64,000 nucleotides of DNA, from positions 248,001-312,000 of the forward strand of contig JAPETS010000028.1 in the NCBI GenBank assembly GCA_026023565.1, in the 5' to 3' direction. Source of the stretch: Cirrosporium novae-zelandiae. Taxonomy: Eukaryota. The notes beneath the pieces are model-generated. The model was given only the letters and a program-made list of their open reading frames with translations. It was not told the DNA's origin and searched no databases. The translations under genes and the position numbers were made by a program. Below are positions 11,751-21,859 of the stretch, piece after piece; position 1 is the first letter of the stretch; every line of letters starts with the position of its first letter.

Positions 11751-13227
11751 TGTGTCTATAGACCGTAGTATATATAACAATATATTACGCAAGAGAACAA
11801 AAACAAAATAGCAGCTTTGTGGTATCAAAAAATAAGTACTGATCGAAGAACGACGCAATCTGATCTAGACAACGACATAGATGATATAGACATATTAAAC
11901 CGTAAGTTTATTCTATTAGGCTCTTGTATATTTTGAATAGTCTCTAGTGTGACAAAATAGCCTCTAGATATACAGGGGCCCCAGTCATGGTCATGTAGAG
12001 CTCAGTGCTAAACGAATGGTTGGGAAGGGTTGGAGGGATAATTATGCGCCAGGGAGTTGTTACATGCGAATAGAACAGAAGCGGTCCAATAATGATATCC
12101 TATTCTCCCGTGGTTCTCGAGTCATGGATCGAAGCCTAGGGACAGGATAGCTAAGACCTTGACGACCCTCGGCCACTTGCATCCGGAATATATTCAAGTA
12201 GGATGAAATTTGCAGTACATAGTAACTCTTGATTGAGGTTGATGTTTCAACTACCTATCATTGGGGTAAGCAACCTTTAACATCATGCGTAAGTATAGGT
12301 TGAAAATGCTCATCAAGACGAAAATAGGCCCGGGCTTTAGCGCCGCCATCTTAATCACAATTGAATGAAGATAACTAGTCTTTAAGCAGTTATCCACAAA
12401 TCTTGCATGTCAGTAGCCGCATTAGTACAGAAGGAGGACTATACATCTATACCCAGGAGAAGGGCTGGAGAAGTTAATAATAGAGCATAGTCTTCTGCAA
12501 GAGGATTGATAACGAGATATTGTCTTGTAGGAATTGTAGCAATATCAGTTCTTCCTGGGTGGCTCTCATTAATTTTATTTTTAAAGTTGATCGACAACTT
12601 GTTCCTGTTGATAATTGCACATACAATAGTTTAGAGAACAGCGGCTATGAAATATCAAACTCTGAACCATGATATAGCAAGCGATGAAAACCACAAAAGT
12701 CCAGTTAATATAGCCATCAGTAACGTCCCAGATACACTAGTCTATACTCGAGAGCCAATGCTGTCAACGGGCTCTAATCTGTTGGGCATACTGGCAGACA
12801 GTAGTCACGTGATAGCTCAGTCCGTGCAACCACCACTATTTAGTATTTAGGCAGTGTCACCAAAAACAATATTATTCTATAATTGTCACGTCACACATCG
12901 CTCCAACATCATCAACTTTGGACAAACGATAAGCAATAAGAAGTCACAGATATTACTTAGATCCTTTTCAACTACGCTCTTTTATTTTTTTAGAGTCATC
13001 TGTACTGCATGGATCTTCGGTTCTCGATTTAGCTTCATTATGCTTAACACATCAAAATATCTGCTATCGTCGTGGGTATGGCCGACTATGTGAATCAGGC
13101 GTGTAATTGGAGGCTAAAGATTGTGCTGAGCGATTGATGGTGACCTTGTCTAGTTAGTTCGAAGAATGTTATTTTTATTGAATGGGAAAAGGGATGAAAG
13201 TAAACCATTTTTCGATAAAATAGGAAT

Positions 13228-13403
13228 CGGAAAATGCTTCGGATACCACCCCCCTCCACTGCTCGTGCTCAATATTCAGATCCTCGCTGTTTACAAAATA
13301 GATATTATTGGCTACTTATAAAGCAGCATGCGACTACTGCAGCCAAAATGGTGCCCGCGTGCATGAGCAGTAATTAGGGGGGTGGTATCCGAGTCATTTT
13401 CCG
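13228..13403. mobile_element. 176-bp MITE (non-autonomous TIR DNA element)
   Basis: ~40-bp imperfect TIRs CGGAAAATGCTTCGGATACCACCCCCCT... / ...AGGGGGGTGGTATCCGAGTCATTTTCCG; exact 8-bp direct repeat ATAGGAAT at 13220-13227 and 13404-13411. Confidence 0.85.
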
Positions 13404-13640
13404 ATAGGAATGGATAGCAGACTACTGTGCAGAAGGTGTAATCGATTGAAAGTGGAACACACCAGGAAGCTTTCATACAGGCGCTACACGCTTAATGAGT
13501 TGATTTGTAACGCGCTACACGATTAGAGCTGTTAGACAAGAAAGACTATTTCTGCTTTCGTACTTGAAAAGGAATCATATTTCCTAACTTCCTCTGTTTA
13601 AATAAATTTCTTCAAATCCTCCACTTCAACAATCACAGGA

Positions 13641-14205
13641 ATGGCTCTCCCAAAAGCTCAGTCCTCCGAAAATCCTACCCCGCACTCGAAAGAGGCCGAA
13701 CAGCTGGAGGTGGTCGAACAACCAAAAGAGCCCAAGGACTCAGAAGATGCCGAACACCCAAAAGAATTCCATCATCAATATTTATTCAAAGTTGAGATGA
13801 ACTGTAGCTCGTGCTCCACGGCTGTGGGCAAAGTTTTGACCGCTCTTAAAAAAAACGGTATGCTAAATAACATTATACAATCTGGAAGAACTTGGTCTTT
13901 TCTTAGCTGCTTTTAAGTTCACGGAGCATCAAGATCCATTCTCTACTCCATTCGGCATCAAGGCTCGAAGTAAGATCGATAGCTGACTCCTTTTGATTTT
14001 AGTCGATATTAAATCCTTTGATGTTGCCCTGCATCCTGATCTTAAGGCTCGCCGGGAAGCTGGTGTTCCCCCCCCGTCGATAGTTGGGACCGTCAATGTT
14101 TATACGGGAGAATTTGTGTCTTATGAGACTGTACTAGAGAGGATCAAGAAGACACAGAAGAAAGTGGTCTCTGGTACAGCTGACGGGGTCAATATGGAGA
14201 TCTAA
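13641..14205 (+). CDS. ATX1: Atx1-like HMA-domain copper chaperone, atypically extended (exons 13641-13857, 14003-14205; ~139 aa)
   Basis: HQYLFKVEMNCSSCSTAV (MxCxxC) in exon 1; IKSFDVAL ... VSYETVLERIKKTQKKVVSGTADG in exon 2; phase-1 GT-AG intron with GCTGAC branch point. Confidence 0.78.
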
Positions 14206-14379
14206 GGATGATGAATTTTTTGACATGGCCCTTGAGAAAGAGAAGGAATATTGCAAACTGGTTTCGTACAATGAATTCGGCATGTTCTATTAATTATCTA
14301 GTTGAAGTACTATGATAAAGCTACCTATATTACCAGCATAGTGGTACTGAGCTGTTGGTTGCTAGGTCTTTAACTCGGG

Positions 14380-14385
14380 CCTCGG
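14380..14385. promoter_or_regulatory. CCTCGG (FarA/FarB-type fatty-acid response element) upstream of the thiolase
   Basis: Exact hexamer ~280 bp upstream of a peroxisomal-type thiolase ATG; the motif is short, so a chance match is possible. Confidence 0.5.
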
Positions 14386-14660
14386 TTCATGGCGGTAAAC
14401 CTTCTCCCCGCAGCTCATCCTGGAGCTGATCTTTCATCCTTTCCTTGTATTACTCGAAGCATACCTATATATATTTAACCGTCCAATTTTATTCGAAATT
14501 TTTATTTAGCTTGGAATAGTATCTAACGGAATTGTTCTTTTTATCTCTGCTGCACTCCTACCGTCTTTGCGCTCACATATTCTAATCATTCGACTTCCAT
14601 CCTAAGCTTACCTTTCGTTAACTACCTAGGTACTTGATAATTGTTTGGTAAGATTTCAAA

Positions 14661-16093
14661 ATGGCTCCAAAGGCACGCTCTCCTTGTTATGTTCTCGGTG
14701 TCGGGATGACCAAGTTCATCAAGCCGAGAGGAAAAGTCGACTACACCGAACTCGGATTCGAAGCAGGAGTTAAAGCAATGCTTGATGCACATATCAACTA
14801 TGATGATGTTGAGCAAGGCGTTGCATGCTACTGCTATGGCGACAGCACTTGTGGACAACGCGTGTTCTATCAGTTTGGAATGACCCAGATCCCAATATAT
14901 AATGTCAATAACAATTGCTCAACGGGATCAACTGGTCTTCATATAGGGAGAAATATGATAAGTCACGGAGCAGCAGATTGTGTTTTGGTTATCGGGTTTG
15001 AGAAAATGAATCCTGGAAGCCTGCAAAGCTTTTGGAAGGATAGAGCGAATCCAACTGGTACAACAAACCTCATGTTGAAAGCAACCAGAGGAGTTACAAA
15101 TGCTCCAGGGGCTGCTCAGCTATTCGGTAATGCAGGAAGGGAATACATAGAAAGGTCAGGAACCCGGAATCAGTATTAACCTGCTCTCAGCTTCGTTAAC
15201 TAGAAGGCAGATTTGGTGCTAGGCCAGAAGATTTCGCCGAAATTGCACGTATTAACCACGAGCATTCTCAACGAAATCCATACTCCCAGTTTCAAGATGT
15301 TTATAGCTTGGAACAGATCATGAAGTCAACAACTATCCATGAACCACTAACCAAACTTCAATGCTGTCCCACCTCAGATGGAGGAGCTGCCGCTGTCCTT
15401 GTCTCCCAAGAATTCTTAGATGCAAGACCGCACCTGAAAGAGCAGGCAGTCCTCATTGCTGGACAATGTATGAAAACTGATTCTCCCAATTTGTTTGATC
15501 GGAGCTCCATTGAATTGATCGGGGCGGACATGACAAGATATGCAGCCAAGGAAGCACTAGCTGAAGCTGGTGTCAGCCCTGAAGATGTGAAAGTCTGTGA
15601 GCTTCACGATTGCTTTTCAGCAAATGAGCTAGTCACCATTGACACCCTTGGTCTTTCTGAACCCGGAAAAGCGCATGAGATGGTCAGGAACGGCGACATT
15701 ACTTACGGAGGTAGAATGGTCATCAATCCTTCTGGGGGCCTTATTTCCAAGGGCCACCCACTTGGAGCAACTGGTATCGCCCAATGTTCGGAGCTTGTCT
15801 GGCATCTCAGAGGTTGGGCCAATAATAGATTGGTCAAGGGTACTGATGTTGCTTTGCAGCATAACTTAGGTCTTGGAGGTGCTGTTGTTATAACAGTTTA
15901 CAAACGAGCGGATGGAAAAGCCAGCGAAGCTATTCCTTCAGACATTGTAGGCAAGAATAACGGATTAGGTTATAATCCAGCAGTTGAAGCAAAGGGTTTC
16001 ACTCGTGCCCAGGCCGATCAGGTTCGCAGCAAGAGATTTAGAAGTGATTGGGCTTTGCAAGACGTTGGGCAAAAGGTTGAAGCAAGGTTCTGA
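14661..16093 (+). CDS. SCP2/SCPx-type thiolase (non-specific lipid-transfer protein family; exons 14661-15154, 15211-16093)
   Basis: VLGVGMTKF, NVNNNCSTGS, CCPTSDGGAA, ELHDCFSANE, NPSGGLISKGHPLGATG, QHNLGLGGA; C-terminal PTS1-like ARF. Confidence 0.95.
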
Positions 16094-16341
16094 GTAGATA
16101 TACATGATTTTTGGAAATTCTATACTTGTACCAAAACTACACCATGCGTTTGAACATATTAGCTCTTGTATTATTATATATGAAGGAGTTGTAGTTATGG
16201 ACGGTTATTGACGTGGTGGGGTTAATTATAGCTGTCCTCCGGCGTCATACAACGTCATTGGACCACGTCCAAATTGTAAATTAACACTCCCAAGCAAAAA
16301 ATTCCCAAATTTTGAGCAATATTGAGAATTATACACTACAA

Positions 16342-19255
16342 ATGGCTTCGTAAGTCTTTCCGGAGGTTCCAAGTTTCTTAGATATCTCTTACTAACATTC
16401 CTATCTAGAAGCATTCTCCAACTGCCGTTTCGGCGGACCCATTCCGTCTCATTATCCTCCGCCATCAAACAATATATCTCAACTAAATATGAACAACACC
16501 CTGATATGTTCACCCAGAACCTTGAGGCGATAGATAGATTAAGAGTCGATGCTGTCAATTCCGTCGAGCCTCATATTAGTGGGATCACAAAGTTGGAGAC
16601 ATATGCCGCCCAATTACAATGGATTGGGGGGAAATTTCCAATCGATGTGAGCTGCCCGCCAGGTTTCCAAGGAAGATTCTAAGATATGGTATTCAAATAT
16701 TTGAGGAGTCTTTCAATAACAAAATACTAGATTGGGGTAGATTTCACCTGGTATCCTGCACTGGGATTTAATACCTCGAAGCCCAGTACGTCTTCTATAT
16801 AAGAACTCTTACAAACGACTAATTTTCGCAGTCTCCCAGAACAACCTTCGATTCGAACTTGCAAATATACTATATAATTTAGCAGCCTTATACTCACAGT
16901 TAGCAGTCGCACTAAACCGAACCACGAGTGATGGCCTGAAATCGGCTTGCAACTATTTCTGCCTCTCGGCAGGAATTGTACTATATTTGAAGGACACTGT
17001 GATACCCGACTCGCGCGGCGATCCACCTGAGGATATGGATGAGATGACTTTATCTTGCATTGAACAACTTTTATTGGCTCAGGCGCAAGAATGTTTTTGG
17101 CAGAAGGCTATCAAGGACGGGCTCAGGGATGCGTCCATATGTAGGCTTGCTGTAAAAGTGTCTGATTACTATGCAGATGCGGGAGATTTTGGAATCAAGT
17201 CCAACATTATCAGCACTGAGTGGATTCATCATATGAGTGCAAAACATCACCACTTTGCCGCTGCTGCTCAATACCGAGCTGCTCTTGATTGTCTTGACAA
17301 AAGAAAGTATGGGGAAGAGGTTGCGAGACTCCAGGATAGTTTGAATTGTGTGAATGAAGCTCTCAAAGAAGGCAGGTGGATAAATAGAATGGTTCTTGGG
17401 GATATGAATGGGCTAAAAAGAAGGGTTACCGAAGATTTGAAAAGAGCAGAGAAAGACAACGATATGATCTACCTTGATCCGGTCCCGCCAAAATCTGAAC
17501 TCAAGACACTCGATCGGGCAAATATGGTCATTTCCAAGACTCCTAAAGAAGTATCGGACGGAGTATCAATGCTAGGTGAACATAAAATTTTTGGAGTACC
17601 ACTTTTCGCAAAGCTGGTACCATATTCGGTACACGTCGCAGCAAGTATATATGTTGAACGAAAGGATCGGTTAATCAACCATACTATTATTGATGAACTA
17701 GAGGCTATGACGACAAGGCTACGAGAGTAAGTTGAAAGCCGGTACATGGCTCTACTTGAATACAGTACTAACCGCTGATCATTTCAGATTGCTTCAATCT
17801 TTAAATCTTCCTGGTGCTCTACAAGCACTCGAAAAGCCATTGGGCGTACCACCTAGCATTACATCAAAAGCTGAAGAGCTTCGCCAACAGGATGCCCTAA
17901 ATAGAATATCAAGATCAATAGAAGACGCCAACAAACTGAAGTCGAACGACAAGGCCACCTTCTCAGAAGGCCTAGAATTACTACAGGTAGAAAAAACAGA
18001 AGATGACCGAGCGAGATCGAGGTTCGGAACAGAAAGATGGGCACGGCTTCCATCCAAAGAAGCAGCCCCCAAACTGTACAACCAGGCAACAGAGATAGAA
18101 GGATACCTCAACTCTGCCGGGAATAGTGATGAACTCGTAATGGGCAAACTAAAAGACTCGGAAGGTTTGCTGAGGGTTCTTACTGGAACGAATCGTGATC
18201 TCGAGGAATTTATTCCCAGTTCTCGTCGATTAACCATGACACCCCGCGTTGAAAACGAGGCAGGCAGACTTAGGGCAACGCTGAACGAGGTATCCCGCCT
18301 AGAAAGCCGCAGAAAGAGAAAAATTGAAGCTCTCAAAGAGAAAGCGAGAGCCGACGACATAAGTAAGTACTAACTCGAATCCGAATAACCTCCCATATAC
18401 TCATGATGAACAAAAAAAAAGACCCGTCCCTCCTCACCGAAGCTGCCCGGCTAGAACGTGAATTCCCCATGCAAAGCATCGAAGCCGCCCAATTCGAAGG
18501 TCTGTTTGAAACCCGTCTCCAACGCTACGACCCGGACCGCAACATGCTATCCACCGAGCAGGCCGAGCAAGATAAGCTCGTATCCCGTATTCGCGAAACG
18601 AATACGGCCTTTACCTCCGCAAGACGTGGCGATTCATCGGCCACTCGAGAACGCGAACAGGCCTTGCAGAAACTAGAGGGCGCGTATTTCAAATATAAGG
18701 AAATTATGTCTAATATCGAAGTGGGGAGAAGATTTTATAACGACCTAGCAAATATCGTCGGGAGATTTAGAGATAACTGCAAGACGTTTGTGTACGAACG
18801 ACGCTCCGAGGCTTCTCAGTTCGAGATGTGGGTCCCCCCCCCTTTGTCCTCATTTCACCCCCTTACGTATCCACTCAAAAACATCAAATCTCTAATGAAC
18901 GGACTAAAAAAACAGCGACCTAGCAAACTCCATGTCCGCCCTCAATCTAAACAATCTAAACACCATCAACCGCGACAACCTACGGCACGTCCAACAGCCC
19001 GAGGACGCGCGACCCCTACCCGGATCTACCGCTCCGGTCAGGGAACCCATCACAGCTCCCATGCCCACAAGGGCCCCCATTCAGATTCCCACGCCCGCTG
19101 CTGGGGGCATGTGGACGCCGGATATGGGAATTAAGTTCGGAGCATCGCCGGCACAGACTGAGGGGAGTCCCGCGCCTTCGGTGGTGTCGGTGCCGCCGCC
19201 GGGTCAGGTCAAGGGACGAGCGTGGGATCCTAGTCGGGGATTGAGGTTTAGTTAG
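16342..19255 (+). CDS. palA: pH-response regulator PalA/Rim20 (BRO1 + ALIX V domain), multi-exon
   Basis: MAS|SILQLPFRRTHSVSL...GGKFPID|IGVDFTWYPALG, LAQAQECFWQKA, EKDNDMIYL, GRRFYNDL and a Pro-rich tail ending WDPSRGLRFS. First exons 16342-16349, 16409-16646, 16731-16785 checked for phase. Confidence 0.93.
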
Positions 19256-19532
19256 AATTTTTAGGGATGCTTGGGTTAAATTTAGATTAATCCTATTTTT
19301 GTTTTATGAAGGATGAGTTGAAAGGTGGACGGATGCATTGGACGATCCGGTGCAACGATTGAATGACTTGTGCATATTGAATTAATATTCGTGTCTATGA
19401 AACTGCATTATCTGCGCTGTATTATAATGTACAGTATTCCATAAACAAGCGCAAATTCCAAATACCACGCGGAATAAAACTAAGCTAGGGTATGTAAAGC
19501 ACCTAAAACGTATGTCAATAATAGAAGGCGCC

Positions 19533-21226
19533 TTAAGCACCGATATTGTCATCCTTCCCATTCTCCCCTTCATTTCCATTACCACGACCTCCAGCTCGTC
19601 GTTCCCTGGCCCCTTCCTTCAACTTCTCCCACCTCTCTCGATATCTTCCAACAACCCCCTTCAACTTTTCATTTTCCCTTAGCAGCCTTTCCTTTTCTTT
19701 CTCAAATGCCTTGATGCGTTCCTCTAGCTCCTGCTTATCCTCTTCTGTTCCTGGAGTACCCGCAGAGGTCATCCCCGAGCCTGATAGACCAGGCAAAGGA
19801 GGTGGCGGAGATACTGGCGGTTGCAGGGCCCTTAGACTAGCTTGTAGTGTTTTGTGCGATTCTTGTGCGTGGGATTCCCACATGTGTAGCCGGTTCGCCA
19901 ATGTATCCACCAGATGTCTCAGTCCTTGGTTCTCTAGATCAAGTTCTTCCTGCGTTTTCACGTTTGCATTCTTTTTTGACCCCGCATCACGGAGTGACCG
20001 ACCTCTTCGTCGCGCAATTTCTGGAGATGGTGGTCCTGGTGTTTCGCGGGCATCGACAAAGTCGTCAGTTGTATCTGATGGAGCACGATCGGAGTTTATA
20101 CTTCCAGATTGAGAATGTCGAGAGAGAACTCCAGCGTAAGAGAGAGTTCCACCTGTAGTAGGCACAACATAGAAGGATTCGGCAGCATTAGGGAAGGACG
20201 GTCCAGCGGTATCACGGATGGCACGAAGCGCTGCAGGGGAAAAAAGACGGGTCATGTCGGGATCAACAGTGGCTCGTTCTGCTGGCTTTGGCTTAGGAGG
20301 TTCTTTAATCGATGCCCGCTTCGGAGAGTTGGGGGAACCCTGCTCATCGGTGAGAGGAAGACCAGCGAATGCAAGAGGAGCAGATAACTTTGTGAAGAGA
20401 TTTTCGAAAGTGCTATAAAATTTTCGGAAAGGATCATCTGCAGGTGTCGTGTTTGCTCTTGATAATTTAGGGCTTTGTGGGGCTGCCATGCCTTCTTCAA
20501 CCTTGGGTGTCGTGGGCATTTTTGAAGTTGATTGACGTATTATAGGTTCTGGAATCGTTTTTTCCGTATCTCCAATACGTGTAGCTTCTTCCCTCAACCT
20601 TGATCGTCCATGTGGACTCATCATCTTGCCCCCAGCATTTTGCGCAGAAAGCGTAGGGGAGGCCGGGTTACCTCGTCGTGACTGGTTGGGGGGAATGCCT
20701 CGGGCAGTAGCAAGATTGGTGGCAATTGATGAAGTCAACTCTCGTTGAGGATTACTGTGGTGCCGAACGAGGGATGGCGGCTGTACTATTGTGCCTTGCA
20801 AGGATGGGGAGGATGTGGTAGGAGAGGATTTGAGAGACGGACTGAGGGCTGGAGGAGCGGCATCTTGAGTCTTCGGCGTCTGTGAAGGCAAGGGATGAGG
20901 ATTTTCATGTCTGGACTTTAGTATATTTGATAACTTTTCATGGTGTTGCTCAAGAAGCTTCAGGACCCGTGCAGCCTGCAGATATGGTTAGCGCGCCGAT
21001 GAGGAGTCCCAGCAAATTGCTTGTACCTCTGCATCTGCGGTGCCCTTGGCAGCACTTGAAAACTCTCCAGCAGCGAGGTCGTGCTCTTCACTTGCAGCAC
21101 TAAGGTTGGATCGACGAGTCTCGAGAGCGGCACTTCTTGCATGGGCATGTGCCTGAAGATGTTGGTATCTTAATCTTCCAAGGCATTGGATGACAACCTT
21201 ACCAAAGTTAGGGGCGACGTTTCCAT
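19533..21226 (-). CDS. Conserved fungal protein with N-terminal MIT-like bundle and C-terminal coiled coils, Atg38/NRBF2-like (exons 21226-21203, 21152-21027, 20975-19533; ~530 aa)
   Basis: METSPLTL|AHAHARSAA...EEHDLAAGEF...AE|AARVLKLLEQHH; FYSTFENLFTKLSAPLAFAGLPL; AESFYVVP; KTQEELDLEN; RENEKLKGVVGRYRERWEKLKEGARERR. Confidence 0.8.
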
Positions 21227-21859
21227 GGTGGATTAAGTAAATGCAAGAAGCTCATAGAAAGCATCTATTAGGAAAAGCACGACGAGTTTATTTATTTTTT
21301 GAATCATACAACCAATACTACTTAGTATTCTTATAAAAAAAAATCCAAGTCTAGTAAGTTGTAGTTGTAGTTGTAGTTGTTGTTGATGGTGGTGGTGGGT
21401 AGTGGTGGAGATGATGATTGCGATTGATGTTGATGATAGGAGCATAAAGGGTAGGGTTGATTGATACAAGATGGGGGCAAACTAACCCAAACTACGTCAA
21501 ACCCCCCACCAATTCCAATGCGAAACGACCCATAGCCATCAACCCCCATCCCCCCTCCCCTCGCCCCTAAACCCGAATGGCTTCAGCTTTGCACGTAATC
21601 CCTCTACTCCCTTCCCCAGTAGTCCCGCCAGCTTCATTCTTGACAGTTTGGTAATAACCTCCTGAGATCAATCTTCTAACTAACCTTTCATTTATACGCC
21701 CCTCATTCGATGATTGTTATGCCATTGAGATAGCTATTATACCTCGACTTACCTTAGGTCTACCACACGTTCTTTCCACCTTCCTTTGTCATGGCCACAA
21801 CCAGTGCTTAAAGCTCCTACAACCGTTTCGAAAGCAAACCAAAAGCCTTATTAGCTACA

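Noticed and set aside
12000..13150. Short ORFs and protein-like fragments between the NLR and the MITE
   Set aside because: Stops in all frames I read and no recognisable family motif.
17794..20112. Long antisense ORFs over palA and the MIT gene (and similar ones over other CDSs)
   Set aside because: Shadows of the real coding strand; low complexity and no motifs.
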